64,000 nt of DNA, taken from assembly GCA_963779755.1 (NCBI GenBank), contig CAVZZO010000001.1, positions 2,144,001 to 2,208,000 of the forward strand. Direction: 5' to 3'. The DNA is from an uncultured Gemmatimonadales bacterium. Its GTDB lineage: Bacteria; Gemmatimonadota; Gemmatimonadetes; Gemmatimonadales; GWC2-71-9. The notes below the pieces were generated by a model that made no database searches, had not been told where the DNA came from, and saw only the letters and a list, made by a program, of their open reading frames with translations. Shown here in pieces: positions 12,491 through 22,553 of this stretch (its first letter is position 1; each line of letters begins with the position of its first letter). A program made the position numbers and the translations under genes.

Positions 12491-14191
12491 GTGACCGAAG
12501 GCGTGGGCGTGCCTCCGGCGGTGGATGGAGCCCTGGTTGAGGCGCTGTTGCAGTCGCTGGTGAAGGCCCTTCGGGCGTTCCAGATGTATCTCCCGAACAA
12601 TCCGATCTACCAGCGGGCGCACCAGAACATCCGGCGGGCCTTCGAGCCGGCCTGGGCGGAGTTGCCGGAACTGGTGCTCATCGTCTCGGAGACCGACTTC
12701 CTCTGGGAAGACAGCGTGGTGTACCACCAGGCCAGCAAGCACGACAGCCTCGCCTGGACGCTCTACAAGGACGGGATGCGGGTGCTCACCTTCTCCCCCG
12801 GGGCGGAGGAGACCGAGGTGGTGCGCTTTCTGGAAGCGGTGCAGCGGGCGCGCATGCTGCCGGCCGAAGCGGATGACGACCTCAACACCCTGCTCTGGGA
12901 GCAGGAGTTCCAGTACATCACCTACCGGGTGGCGGAGTTCCTGCCGGAAGAGGCGCTGCCCGCGGTCACGGACGGGGGTGGCGCGCCCGCCGCACCCGAG
13001 GTGCTGCAGGCAGCAGTACGGGAGGAGACCGACTCCGAGGCGGCCAGCCAGCCGGGGGAGCGCCCATCCGGCATCGTGGATGTGGAGGATTTCGATTCTA
13101 CCCTCTACTTCCTGGATGAAGGGGAGATCGCCTACATCACCCGGATGCTGGAGCGGGAGTACGGCCAGGATCTCCGGCCCAGTGCGCTGCACATCCTGCT
13201 GGACCTGCTCGAGCTGGTGCGGGAACTGGAAGTCCGGGAAGAGATCCTGGGCATTTTCGACACCCTGCTGCCCAACCTGCTGAACGCCGGCGAGTTCCGG
13301 ACCGTCTCCATGGCGCTGCGCGAGATGCGCCTGGCCGCCGACCGGGCCCAGGCGCTGACACCGGACCATCGGGAGCGGCTGCAGCATTTCCGCTTCAGTC
13401 TGAGCAATCCGGCCGTGCTGACCCAGCTGCTGCAGGCGGTGGACGAGGCGACCGCCGCGCCCAGCGAGGAAGACCTGGGCGAGCTGTTCGGCGAGCTGCG
13501 GCCGGAGGCGCTGGAGACCATTCTGGTCTGGCTGCCCCGGCTTCGTTCCCCGGCGGTTCGGGGCCTGCTGGTGACCGCCTCGGAGCGCCTGGCCGAATCC
13601 CATCCCGCCGAGGTGGTGCGGCTGCTGCGGAGTGCGGAGTCGGAAGCGTTGCCCGGTATCATTGATCTCTGCGGACGCCTGGAGCTGCAACCCTCGGTGG
13701 CGGGACTGGGCGAGACGCTGTCGCATCCGGAGGGCGCCATCCGGGTGGCCGTGGTGCACGCTCTCATCGCCATCGGCTCCGCCGGGGCGCTGGCACATCT
13801 GGAGCGGGCGCTGGAGGACCGCGACCGCGAGGTCCGCATTGCGGCGGTACGGGCCCTGGGGGCCCGGGGGTATCGCAACGCGCTGGCGCGGGTGGAGCCG
13901 GTGGTGCGGGGGCAGGTGAACCGCGAGCTCGATCTCACCGAGCGGCTGGCGTTCTTCGAGGCGTACGCCGAGATCGCCGGGAGCGGCGGCTTGCAGGTGC
14001 TCTCCGCCATGCTGCTGCCGGGCGGCATCTTCCGCCGCCGGCACGGTCCCGAGGTCCGCGCCTGCGCCGCCCTGGCCCTGGGCCGCATTGGCACGCCCGA
14101 GGCGCGGGCGACGCTGGAGCAGGCGCAGAGCGAGAAGGACCTGGTGGTCCGCAATGCGGTGAATCGGGCGCTGCGGGAGATGGGACGATGA
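12491..14191 (+). CDS. HEAT-repeat protein
   Basis: C-terminal repeats such as ALEDRDREVRIAAVRALG and EVRACAALALGRIG; GTG at 12491 preceded by GGAGGT. Confidence 0.85.
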   Translation: MTEGVGVPPAVDGALVEALLQSLVKALRAFQMYLPNNPIYQRAHQNIRRAFEPAWAELPELVLIVSETDFLWEDSVVYHQASKHDSLAWTLYKDGMRVLTFSPGAEETEVVRFLEAVQRARMLPAEADDDLNTLLWEQEFQYITYRVAEFLPEEALPAVTDGGGAPAAPEVLQAAVREETDSEAASQPGERPSGIVDVEDFDSTLYFLDEGEIAYITRMLEREYGQDLRPSALHILLDLLELVRELEVREEILGIFDTLLPNLLNAGEFRTVSMALREMRLAADRAQALTPDHRERLQHFRFSLSNPAVLTQLLQAVDEATAAPSEEDLGELFGELRPEALETILVWLPRLRSPAVRGLLVTASERLAESHPAEVVRLLRSAESEALPGIIDLCGRLELQPSVAGLGETLSHPEGAIRVAVVHALIAIGSAGALAHLERALEDRDREVRIAAVRALGARGYRNALARVEPVVRGQVNRELDLTERLAFFEAYAEIAGSGGLQVLSAMLLPGGIFRRRHGPEVRACAALALGRIGTPEARATLEQAQSEKDLVVRNAVNRALREMGR

Positions 14192-15642
14192 ACGAGGAGG
14201 TCCGTCCCGGCACCGGCGGCGAAGGCGCCCTGCGGGTTGCGGGCCGCACGTTCCTGCTGGCCTTCTATACCGCCCTGCGCAGCCTCAAGCTCTATCCCAT
14301 CGAGAATGCGGTGGCGCAGAAGGCGCTGGACGAGCTGCAGGCGGCCGCCACCGGCCTGCTGGAGGCGGAGACCGAGATCGACATCCGGGTCGCGGGCGAC
14401 TTCATGTTTCTCAACAGCACCCGTCTGCGGCTGGAGCTGGAAAACTACGCCTCGTTCAGCCACGTCCTGGCCATGTTCCGCACCTTTGATATCGGCACCC
14501 TGCGGGTGCACCCGGGAGTGGAGCGGCGGGACTGGCAGATCTTCGTCGGCACCCTGCTCAATCTCTCCGGACGCGAAGGGGCCGCCGATCCCTTCAGCGA
14601 CCTGGTGGACCGGCTGCAGGCCGCGCCGGTCTCCAGCATCGAGCTGGAACCGACCATCGAGACGCAGGAACAGCTGGAAGAGCTGGAGCGGGCTCGCGAG
14701 CTGGCCAAGCGGACGTACTCCCAGGGCGTCGCCGTCACCAAGGAAGTGGTGAACAGCGTCCGCATGGGGCGCTCGGCCAATATCAAGAAGGTCAAACGCG
14801 TGGTGCAGGGCATCGTGGACCAGGTGCTGAACAACGAGACATCGCTGATCGGGCTCACTACCATCCGCGACTATGACGAGTACACGTTCACCCATTCCGT
14901 GAATGTCTGCATCTTTTCCGTGGCGCTGGGCAAGAAGCTGGGGTTCAGCCGGCTGCGCCTGTATGACCTGGGCCTGGCGGCGCTGTTGCATGATATCGGC
15001 AAGGCCCGGGTGCCGGTGGAGATCATCAACAAGGCGGGCGGCCTGGATGAAGGCGAATGGCAGACCATCCAGCGGCATCCCTGGATGGGCGCCCTGAGCC
15101 TGTTCGAGATGCGGGGGTACAGCGAGCTGCCCTACCGGGCGATCATCGTCGCGCACGAGCACCACATGAAGACCGACCTCACCGGCTATCCCCGGCATCT
15201 GCGGCCCCGGGAGCTGCAGCTCTTCAGCCGGGTGGTCGCCGTGGCCGACGGGTTCGACGCGGCGACCTCCCGGCGCAGCTACCAGACGGTGCCGATCTCG
15301 CCCGACGAAGTTCTGCGGGAGATGTGGGAGAACCCGCGGCGGGGCTACGATCCGGTCATCGTGAAGGCGCTGATCAACCTGATCGGGGTGTATCCCGTGG
15401 GCACCTGCGTGATTCTCGACACCTTCGAAGTGGCCGTGGTGGCTGCGACCAACCCCGACCCCAACTTCCTCAACCGGCCGCTGGTACGGGTGGCCATCGA
15501 CGCCGACGGGGCCGTGGTGCGCGCCGCCGCCCAGCTGCTGAACCTGGCCGATCGCGATGCCGCGGGGAGTTTTCTGCGCTCGATCGTCAAGGTGACCAAC
15601 CCCGACCGCTACGGTATCACCGTAGGAGACTACTTTGTCTGA
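14188..15642 (+). CDS. HD-GYP domain phosphodiesterase (putative cyclic-dinucleotide PDE)
   Basis: YTFTHSVNV, LLHDIGK, HEHH...LTGYP, VADGFDA..SRRSY; ATGA overlap with the HEAT gene. Confidence 0.92.
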   Translation: MNEEVRPGTGGEGALRVAGRTFLLAFYTALRSLKLYPIENAVAQKALDELQAAATGLLEAETEIDIRVAGDFMFLNSTRLRLELENYASFSHVLAMFRTFDIGTLRVHPGVERRDWQIFVGTLLNLSGREGAADPFSDLVDRLQAAPVSSIELEPTIETQEQLEELERARELAKRTYSQGVAVTKEVVNSVRMGRSANIKKVKRVVQGIVDQVLNNETSLIGLTTIRDYDEYTFTHSVNVCIFSVALGKKLGFSRLRLYDLGLAALLHDIGKARVPVEIINKAGGLDEGEWQTIQRHPWMGALSLFEMRGYSELPYRAIIVAHEHHMKTDLTGYPRHLRPRELQLFSRVVAVADGFDAATSRRSYQTVPISPDEVLREMWENPRRGYDPVIVKALINLIGVYPVGTCVILDTFEVAVVAATNPDPNFLNRPLVRVAIDADGAVVRAAAQLLNLADRDAAGSFLRSIVKVTNPDRYGITVGDYFV

Positions 15643-15654
15643 GCCCGGCCCCCG

Positions 15655-17730
15655 GTGACCATCCGCGGTTTTCTGGAGGGCTATGCCCGCGTGCTCGCCT
15701 TCGGCGGGCTGGCCCTGGCCCTGGCGGTTCTGGCGCAGGACGCGGGATGGACCCGGCAACCCCTGGTCACCCTGGCCCTGCTGCTGGCCGTGGTCGCGCT
15801 GCGCGCCAGCCAGATCTCCCTCACCAAGTATGCCTACCTCACCCAGATCGGCGTGCCGGTTCTGCTCGGCGCCGTGCTGGTGGGCGTCGCCCCCGTGTCC
15901 GTGGCGCTCTGGCTCGGCGTGTTCGTCGCCGATGTCCTCTGGGTCCGGAAGTCGTTCTGGGCGTCGTTCATCAACGCCGGGCGGGAGGAACTCGCCTTTC
16001 TGGCGGCCTTCGGCGCCTACGCGCTGGTGCTGCGGTTCACCCGGCCCGAGGGTCTGACGCTCGAGCTGCTTCCCGCCGTGTTCACGCTGGCCGCGGTCTA
16101 CTTCTTCGCTTCCCGGATCCTCTTCTATTTCACGCTCCTCTTCCGCCGCAAGCTGGAGAGCGACGAGCGGCTGGTGATCCTGCGGTACGAACTGCTCACC
16201 TTCCTGCTCACGATTCTGGCGGTGGTGATCCTCTTCGGCGCCTTCCACAGCCTCTCGCCCGCCGGCTGGGTCACCGTCACCGCCGTCATCACCGCCATCG
16301 GGCTGCTCACCAAGCGGATCCTGGAAGACGCCATCGGCGCCGAGGAGCTCAACAAGGTGCACGTGCAGGAGAAGGTGATTGCGGGCAATCTCAGCCTGCA
16401 GGACTCCTTCGCCGAGATGGAACGGCTGGCGCACCGGCTGCTCGACTGGGGCGACATGCGGATCTACCGGCTGGACAACGGCCAGCCGGTGCTGCTCTAT
16501 CGCGGGGCCTACGGCCGGCAGGGCCGGAGCGAGCCTCTCTATGACGCCGCCGTCCTGCGGCAGGAGGTGCTCCGCCAGGGCGTGCCCCTCATGGTGCACG
16601 ACGCCTACCGCGACGAACGGATCACCAGCCCCGATGCGGCCGCGCGGAGCATTCTCATCGCGCCGCTCGCCTTCGCCGACCGGCCGGTGGGTACGCTGGA
16701 GCTGGAACATCACAAGCGGCACGCCTACCGCCAGCGCGACATGGAAGCCGTCAACACCTTCGCCAACCAGCTCGCCACCGCCATGCACATCGCCGATCTG
16801 CGGCGGCCGCTGGTAGACACGGTGGAGCGGATCGGGCGGCAGGTGGAGTCGTTCATGCGCAACGCCGAGCTCCTGCGGCAGACCACCCACGCGGTGGGCG
16901 GCGCTACCCGGGAGATCGAGAGCGGCATGGGACGCCAGGGGGAGGCGTTGAGCGCCGGCCTGGCTACCACCGAGCAGGTGGCCGCCGCCACCGCGGAGGT
17001 AGCGCGCGATGGCGCTCTGGCGGCCACGGCGGCAGAATCGGCCAGCCGGGTGGCGTCGGAGAGCCACGATACCATCGGCGACGCGGTGCGGCGGCTGGTC
17101 CAGCTCAAGGCCTTTGTGGACGACAGTAGCCGGCGGGTGGAAGAACTGGGCCAGATCAGCGGCCGCATTACCGGGTTCATCGAATCCATCCGGGAGATCG
17201 CCGATCTCACCAATCTCATCGCGCTGAACGCCGCCATCGAAGCGGCCCGCGCCGGCCGGCAGGGCCAGGGTTTCGCCGTAGTGGCCGAGGAGGTCCGCCA
17301 GCTGGCGGCCCAGAGCTCCGGCGCCTCCCGCGAGGCCGCAGTCCTGATGGAGCTCATCACCCGGCAGGTGAGCGATGTCGCGGCCCAGATGGAGCACGGG
17401 CGCTCGGTGGTGGCGGGCGTGGAGGAACTGAGCGAGGATGCGCTCCAGGCGCTGAGCGCCATCATGACCACGACCCGCGAGGCCGGCGAGTACGGACGGC
17501 GGATCGCCGGGTCGGCCGAGGCCCAGCGCACCTCCTTCGACCGGCTGCGGGTCGATATCGAGCAGATCGCCACCGTCTCCCGGCATGCCCTGGCGGAGAG
17601 TCGGCGGCTGGCCGGGCGCGTGGCCGAGGCAACCACCGGCCAGGCGGAGATGGAGGAGGCCATCCGGGACCTGGCGGGCGTTGCCGACCGGCTGCAGGCG
17701 ATCGCCCGGACCTTCGCGGCCGACCTCTGA
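15655..17730 (+). CDS. Methyl-accepting chemotaxis-type protein with multi-TM N-terminus and GAF domain
   Basis: [34 protein letters not shown] hairpin; GAF-like [15 protein letters not shown]...D...FANQLATA; about 7 hydrophobic helices. Confidence 0.92.
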   Translation: MTIRGFLEGYARVLAFGGLALALAVLAQDAGWTRQPLVTLALLLAVVALRASQISLTKYAYLTQIGVPVLLGAVLVGVAPVSVALWLGVFVADVLWVRKSFWASFINAGREELAFLAAFGAYALVLRFTRPEGLTLELLPAVFTLAAVYFFASRILFYFTLLFRRKLESDERLVILRYELLTFLLTILAVVILFGAFHSLSPAGWVTVTAVITAIGLLTKRILEDAIGAEELNKVHVQEKVIAGNLSLQDSFAEMERLAHRLLDWGDMRIYRLDNGQPVLLYRGAYGRQGRSEPLYDAAVLRQEVLRQGVPLMVHDAYRDERITSPDAAARSILIAPLAFADRPVGTLELEHHKRHAYRQRDMEAVNTFANQLATAMHIADLRRPLVDTVERIGRQVESFMRNAELLRQTTHAVGGATREIESGMGRQGEALSAGLATTEQVAAATAEVARDGALAATAAESASRVASESHDTIGDAVRRLVQLKAFVDDSSRRVEELGQISGRITGFIESIREIADLTNLIALNAAIEAARAGRQGQGFAVVAEEVRQLAAQSSGASREAAVLMELITRQVSDVAAQMEHGRSVVAGVEELSEDALQALSAIMTTTREAGEYGRRIAGSAEAQRTSFDRLRVDIEQIATVSRHALAESRRLAGRVAEATTGQAEMEEAIRDLAGVADRLQAIARTFAADL

Positions 17731-17756
17731 GCCGGTCCCGGGGAGCGGCCAGCCCG

Positions 17757-18185
17757 ATGGAGCGGGTCTATCTTGCATTGGGGAGCAACCTGGGCGAGCG
17801 GGACAAGTTCCTGGCCCTGGCCCGTGAGCGGCTGGCGGCGCTGCCGGATTCGCGCCTCCTTGCCGCGTCCAGTATAGAGGAGACGGCGCCGCTCGAGGGC
17901 CGCGACCAGCCCCCTTATCTGAACCAGATGCTGCTGCTGGAAACGGCCCTCGACCCGGAGGCGCTGCTCGAGGCCTGCCGCGCGATCGAAACCGCCGCGG
18001 GACGGGTTCGGCACGAGCGCTGGGGCTCCCGCACGCTGGATATCGACATCGTCCGCTTCGGCGAGCGCGAGATGGCGACCGGCCGGCTGACCATTCCCCA
18101 CCCGGGCCTGGCCGGCCGGGACTTCTGGCGCCGCGAAATCGCCGAGATTGAGCGGCACCTGGCCGAGACGAGGAACCCACGATGA
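17757..18185 (+). CDS. folK: 6-hydroxymethyl-7,8-dihydropterin pyrophosphokinase
   Basis: YLALGSNLG, YLNQ, RWGSRTLDIDI, LTIPHP. Confidence 0.96.
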   Translation: MERVYLALGSNLGERDKFLALARERLAALPDSRLLAASSIEETAPLEGRDQPPYLNQMLLLETALDPEALLEACRAIETAAGRVRHERWGSRTLDIDIVRFGEREMATGRLTIPHPGLAGRDFWRREIAEIERHLAETRNPR

Positions 18186-18994
18186 CTCCGGACAAGAAAC
18201 CGCGCTCGGCGCTCGACCTGCTGGCGATGAAACGGGCGGGACAGCGCATCGTGGTGCTGACGTGCTACGACGCGCTCACCGCGCGCCTGTTGGTAGAGGC
18301 GGGCACCGACCTGCTGCTGGTGGGCGATTCGGTAAACCAGGTGGTGGCCGGCGGCGCCAGCACCCTCACCGCCACCCTGGACCAGATGATCTACCACGCC
18401 CGCGCGGTCCGCCGCGGCGCCGGCGAGGCGCTGGTGGTGATCGATCTCCCCTTCATGACCTACCAGGTCTCGCTGCCCGAGGCGCTCCGCAATGCCGGGC
18501 GCGCGCTGGCCGAGAGCGGCGCCAACGCCGTGAAGCTCGAGGGCGGCCGGCACATGGCCCCGACCGTCCGGGCATTGGTGGAGGTCGGCATCCCGGTGAT
18601 GGGGCACCTGGGGCTTACGCCGCAGTCGGTGCATGCCCTGGGAGGGTACCGGGTGCAGGGCAGGGAGGCGGCGGCGGCCGACCGGCTGCTGGAGGACGCC
18701 CGGCTGCTGGAAGAGGCCGGAGCCTTTGCCATCGTGCTCGAACTGGTCCCGGCGCCGCTGGCCCAGCGCATCAGCGCGGCGCTCACCGTCCCCACCATCG
18801 GCATCGGCGCCGGACCCGGCTGCGATGGCCAGGTGCTGGTCACCCCCGACATGCTGGGGATGAACATGACGTTCAGCCCCCGATTCCTCAAACGCTATGC
18901 CCAACTGGGAGAGGTGATCCGCGATGCCGCCCGCCAGTACGGCGAGGAAGTGCGGGCGGGGACCTACCCGGGGAAGGAACATTCGTTTGAATAG
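18182..18994 (+). CDS. panB: 3-methyl-2-oxobutanoate hydroxymethyltransferase
   Basis: LTCYD, LLVGDS, DLPFMTY, VKLEGG, GHLGLTPQ, IGIGAG..CDGQVLV. Confidence 0.97.
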   Translation: MTPDKKPRSALDLLAMKRAGQRIVVLTCYDALTARLLVEAGTDLLLVGDSVNQVVAGGASTLTATLDQMIYHARAVRRGAGEALVVIDLPFMTYQVSLPEALRNAGRALAESGANAVKLEGGRHMAPTVRALVEVGIPVMGHLGLTPQSVHALGGYRVQGREAAAADRLLEDARLLEEAGAFAIVLELVPAPLAQRISAALTVPTIGIGAGPGCDGQVLVTPDMLGMNMTFSPRFLKRYAQLGEVIRDAARQYGEEVRAGTYPGKEHSFE

Positions 18995-19039
18995 GAATGG
19001 GCAGAACCGCGGGAAGAGGGAAACGGAAACCGCACTGCC

Positions 19040-19960
19040 ATGCAGCTGATCGAATCTCCCGCGGACCTGCGCTCCGCCGTGGCCGAGGCCCGCGTCGCCG
19101 GCAAGCAGATCGCCCTGGTGCCGACCATGGGCGCGCTGCACGAAGGCCATTTGCGACTGGTGGACGCCGCTCGCCACCGTGCCGGGCTGGTGGTCATGAG
19201 CATCTTCGTGAACCCGCTGCAGTTCGGGCCGCGGGAGGACTTCGCCCGCTACCCGCGCGATCTCGCGGCCGACCGGGCGTTGGCGGCAGCGCGCGGTGTA
19301 GACCTGCTCTTTGTCCCCACGGTCGAGGCCATGTACCCTCCGGGCAGCGAAACCCGGGTGGTGCCGGGAGCGTCAAGCGAGTTGTGGGAAGGGGCCTCCC
19401 GGCCGGGGCATTTCACCGGTGTCCTGACGGTGGTCGCCAAACTCTTCCACCTGGTTCAGCCCCAGGTCGCCTGCTTCGGACAGAAGGACATCCAGCAGCT
19501 GAGCCTGATCCGGGCCATGGTCCGGGACCTCGACTGGCCGCTCGAGGTCGTGATGGTGCCGACGATGCGGGAATCCGACGGCCTGGCGATGAGCAGCCGC
19601 AACGCCTACCTCACTCCCGCCCAGCGGTCCGATGCCCTGGCGCTGAGCGGGGCACTGGGGCGGGCGCAGGAGGCCTGGGAGGCCGGCGAGCATCGTGCTC
19701 GGGTGCTGGAAGCCGTGGTGCGGGAAGGATTTCGGACTTTTCCGGCGGTGGAGGTCGAGTATATTGCAGTCGTTGACCCTGACACGATGAACCCGGTTCC
19801 GCACGCGGAGGCGGGCACGGTGATTGCCGTGGCCGCACGGGTGGGTACGACCCGTCTCATCGACAACATCATTCTCGGGCGAGGGCTGGGGCATGTTCCG
19901 CCGGCTGATGAAATCCAAGATCCACCGCGCCAGCGTCACGGCGGCGGATCTGCATTATGA
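19040..19960 (+). CDS. panC: Pantoate--beta-alanine ligase
   Basis: [44 protein letters not shown]. Confidence 0.97.
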   Translation: MQLIESPADLRSAVAEARVAGKQIALVPTMGALHEGHLRLVDAARHRAGLVVMSIFVNPLQFGPREDFARYPRDLAADRALAAARGVDLLFVPTVEAMYPPGSETRVVPGASSELWEGASRPGHFTGVLTVVAKLFHLVQPQVACFGQKDIQQLSLIRAMVRDLDWPLEVVMVPTMRESDGLAMSSRNAYLTPAQRSDALALSGALGRAQEAWEAGEHRARVLEAVVREGFRTFPAVEVEYIAVVDPDTMNPVPHAEAGTVIAVAARVGTTRLIDNIILGRGLGHVPPADEIQDPPRQRHGGGSAL

Positions 19961-20264
19961 GGGCTCATTGACGCTCGACCAGGACTTGATGGAAGCGGCC
20001 GATCTCGTCGAATTCGAGGAGATCCAGGTCGTCAACATCAACAACGGCGCCCGGTTCAGCACCTACGTGATTCCCGGTGCCCGGGGCTCGGGCGCGGTGC
20101 AACTCAACGGCGCTGCCGCCCGGCTGGGCCTGACGGGCGATCTGGTCATCCTGATCAGCTACGGCGACTACGCCGACGATGAGGCCGCGGGTCATGCGCC
20201 GCGCGTGGTGTTCGTGGATGGCGCCAACCGGGTCGTTCGCCCCCCACTGCGCGCGGAGCGCTGA
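19893..20264 (+). CDS. panD: Aspartate 1-decarboxylase
   Basis: [14 protein letters not shown] (Gly-Ser cleavage), [15 protein letters not shown]. Confidence 0.96.
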   Translation: MFRRLMKSKIHRASVTAADLHYEGSLTLDQDLMEAADLVEFEEIQVVNINNGARFSTYVIPGARGSGAVQLNGAAARLGLTGDLVILISYGDYADDEAAGHAPRVVFVDGANRVVRPPLRAER

Positions 20265-20276
20265 TCCACGCTGGCT

Positions 20277-20861
20277 ATGGCCCGCCATCCGCGCCATACG
20301 CCGCCAGAGTTGCGGCCGACGATTCCCACCTGGGCCGTCATGTCTCCCGAACGGATCGAGCATGTCTACCGGGTGGCCGCGCTGGTCTCGGAGTGGGCCG
20401 AGGCCATGGGGGTGCCCGACTCCGAGCGCAACCGGTGGCTGCGCGCCATCTGGCTGCACGACGCCCTGCGTGACGCGCCGGAAGAGGAGCTGACCCGCTG
20501 GGCCCCCAGCATGACGGGCGCGGTCGAACTGCGGCACGGGCCGGCGAGTGCCGCCCGGGCCAAGGCCGAAGGCGAGGTCGACCGGGGGGTGCTGGACGCG
20601 GTCCGCTACCACTCCGTGGGCCTGGCCGAATGGGACATGGTGGGCCGGGTGCTCTACTGCGCCGACTTTCTCGAGCCGGGACGTGAGTTCGACGTCGAAC
20701 GGCGGGCGGAGTTGGCAGACCTGTTTCCCCGGGATGTCCGCACCGTGCTGCGCCAGGTGGCCAGCTCCCGGGTGCGCCACGCCATCAAGCGGGGATGGTC
20801 GCTGCCCGATCCTACCGTCCGTTTCTGGAACAGCCTGTGCAGCCACGAGCCACGCGCCTGA
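20277..20861 (+). CDS. yqeK: YqeK-like HD hydrolase (putative symmetrical Ap4A hydrolase)
   Basis: RIEHV, WLHD, LRHG, VRYHSVG, LYCADFLEPGR pattern. Confidence 0.75.
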   Translation: MARHPRHTPPELRPTIPTWAVMSPERIEHVYRVAALVSEWAEAMGVPDSERNRWLRAIWLHDALRDAPEEELTRWAPSMTGAVELRHGPASAARAKAEGEVDRGVLDAVRYHSVGLAEWDMVGRVLYCADFLEPGREFDVERRAELADLFPRDVRTVLRQVASSRVRHAIKRGWSLPDPTVRFWNSLCSHEPRA

Positions 20862-21271
20862 CGTTGCTGGGCGGAGGCGTCCTCCTCCTCGCGCTCGTGG
20901 CTTTTCTCCTCGTCCGTCCCCACCGCGATCTGATCGCCGGACACGCCTACGCCATTCCTTCCGGCCACAACCGGATTCTGGTCGAAGTGCTGAACGGGAC
21001 GGCGCGCCCGGGGCTCGCCCGCACGGCCACTCGCCAGCTTCGGGAACAGGGCCTGGATGTGGTGTACTTCGGCAACGATCCGGCAGGGCAGCGCGACGAG
21101 GGAGACTCTACCCGGATTCTGGTGCGGCAGGGCAGCGCCGACGCCGGCGAAGCGGTGGCGCATGCGCTGGGAACCGGGGTCGTGAAGCAGGCCGCTGATA
21201 CGCTCCGGCGGGTGGATGTCAGCGTGATCCTGGGGCCGGATTACGTACCGGAGCCTGGGCTCCATCCGTGA
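20837..21271 (+). CDS. Membrane-anchored LytR C-terminal-domain protein
   Basis: One TM helix, then VEVLNGTARPGLA...L...G..V...GN and DVSVILGPDY; start uncertain. Confidence 0.82.
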   Translation: MQPRATRLTLLGGGVLLLALVAFLLVRPHRDLIAGHAYAIPSGHNRILVEVLNGTARPGLARTATRQLREQGLDVVYFGNDPAGQRDEGDSTRILVRQGSADAGEAVAHALGTGVVKQAADTLRRVDVSVILGPDYVPEPGLHP

Positions 21272-21287
21272 AGCGTGGGGAAAGAGA

Positions 21288-21312
21288 AAAGGACTGATTC
21301 TCTCAGTCCTTT
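21288..21312. terminator. Hairpin between convergent genes (possible bidirectional terminator), same core as the 11373 element
   Basis: aaaggactga-ttctc-tcagtccttt, perfect 10-bp stem. Confidence 0.7.
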
Positions 21313-21323
21313 CGCCTATCTTT

Positions 21324-21791
21324 CTACAACGGTTCTGTGCCCTGATTGGCGGCTTTCCTGGCCTGCGCCAGGTACGCGGGTTGCAGGTCCAGCAGGTGGC
21401 CCAGCTTGCGGACCAGCCAGGCTTCATGATCGGTGATCTTCCCGTCGGCCAGAATCACCCCCCACATGACTTCCGCCAGGACCATCTTCTGGCCCAGATC
21501 GTACCGCTCGGCGATGAGACGGGTGAACTGGAAGTCGTCGATTGCCTCCCGCCGCTTGGCCTCGGCCAGCTGGATCAACTCGCGCGCGGCGGGTTCCTCC
21601 AGCCCGAAATGCCGTTCCAGCGCGTTCAGGATATGGCGGCGCTCCTCCTCGCTGAATTCCTGGTCGGCATAGGCCAGCTCCAGCAGCAGCGCGCAGGCGG
21701 CGAGCTCGACCCCGGGAACACCGGACGGGTGAGTGTCCGGCTCGGCGCCGAGAATCTTCGTATGGACGAAATGGCGGATGGAATCGATCAT
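21324..21791 (-). CDS. TerB-family protein
   Basis: ACALLLELAYAD..FSEEE, VILADGKITDHE...RKLGHLL. Confidence 0.85.
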   Translation of the reverse strand: MIDSIRHFVHTKILGAEPDTHPSGVPGVELAACALLLELAYADQEFSEEERRHILNALERHFGLEEPAARELIQLAEAKRREAIDDFQFTRLIAERYDLGQKMVLAEVMWGVILADGKITDHEAWLVRKLGHLLDLQPAYLAQARKAANQGTEPL

Positions 21792-21854
21792 GTTCCAAGA
21801 TAGCCCGTTCTCACCCCTCTTTCGAATACCGGGGCACCGCGGCCTGCCGTCTGC

Positions 21855-21883
21855 TTGACAGAACGGTTAGCAAGTGCTAACCT
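21855..21883 (+). promoter_or_regulatory. tetR promoter (extended -10) containing palindromic operator GGTTAGCAAGTGCTAACC
   Basis: TTGACA (21855) -17 bp- TAACCT (21878) with upstream TG; palindrome at 21865-21882; ATG at 21889. Confidence 0.85.
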
Positions 21884-21888
21884 GAGTC

Positions 21889-22488
21889 ATGACCGGGAAG
21901 CTGCCGTTCTACCTGGCGGAGGACGATCCTCCGGCGAAGCGCGAGATCCTGCGCGCGGCGCTCAAGCTGTTCAGCGAGCGCGGGCTGGCGGCCACGAGCA
22001 TCCGCGACATCGCGGAAGAGAGCGGGTACACCAATCCCGCCCTCTATAAGCACTTCGCTGGCAAGGGGGAGCTGGCGCTCTACCTTTTCGAAACCTGCCA
22101 CACCCGCGTGTGGACGGGCTGCGCCACGGCGCTGGCCTCGGCCGAGGGGTTCAGGGCCAAGCTGGAGGCGTATGTGGCTGCCTGGCTCAAACTGTTCGAC
22201 ACGGAGCCGGAGGTGCTCGCCTTCCTCGCCGACAGCGCGCGGGTGCTCTGGCCCCGCACCGGGACCACGGTGCATCGCAGGACGATGATCGGGCTCGCGC
22301 GCGCGCTAGTGGCGGAGGCGCCGCGCGTGCGGGCGCGCGCCCGGGCGATCGACGCCGACGTCGCCGCGGCGAGCGTCCAGGGGACGCTGTCGGAACTCGG
22401 GCGCATGATCCAGGTAGGTGTCGTACCCGGCCCGGCGCGCCGATGGCACGGCAGGCTCGTGTCTCTCTTCCAGCAGCTCGTCGAGTGA
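21889..22488 (+). CDS. TetR/AcrR-family transcriptional regulator
   Basis: ILRAALKLFSERGLAATSIRDIAEESG....LYKHFAGK HTH. Confidence 0.93.
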   Translation: MTGKLPFYLAEDDPPAKREILRAALKLFSERGLAATSIRDIAEESGYTNPALYKHFAGKGELALYLFETCHTRVWTGCATALASAEGFRAKLEAYVAAWLKLFDTEPEVLAFLADSARVLWPRTGTTVHRRTMIGLARALVAEAPRVRARARAIDADVAAASVQGTLSELGRMIQVGVVPGPARRWHGRLVSLFQQLVE

Positions 22489-22509
22489 GTCTCGTCGTTT
22501 GTCCTGGAA

Positions 22510-22525
22510 GTTAGCAAACGCTAAC
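22510..22525. promoter_or_regulatory. Second copy of the TetR operator GTTAGC-N4-GCTAAC
   Basis: gttagc aaac gctaac, 28 bp upstream of the 22554 ATG. Confidence 0.82.
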
Positions 22526-22553
22526 CGCCGAGATTCCTCCGGGAGGTCGTATC

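Noticed and set aside
13132..18249. 1705-aa minus-strand ORF and other long antisense ORFs (28-1653, 1678-3927, 11408-14044, 35883-38096, 46253-47962)
   Set aside because: They shadow well-supported genes on the other strand, show no family motifs, and are expected in high-GC DNA.
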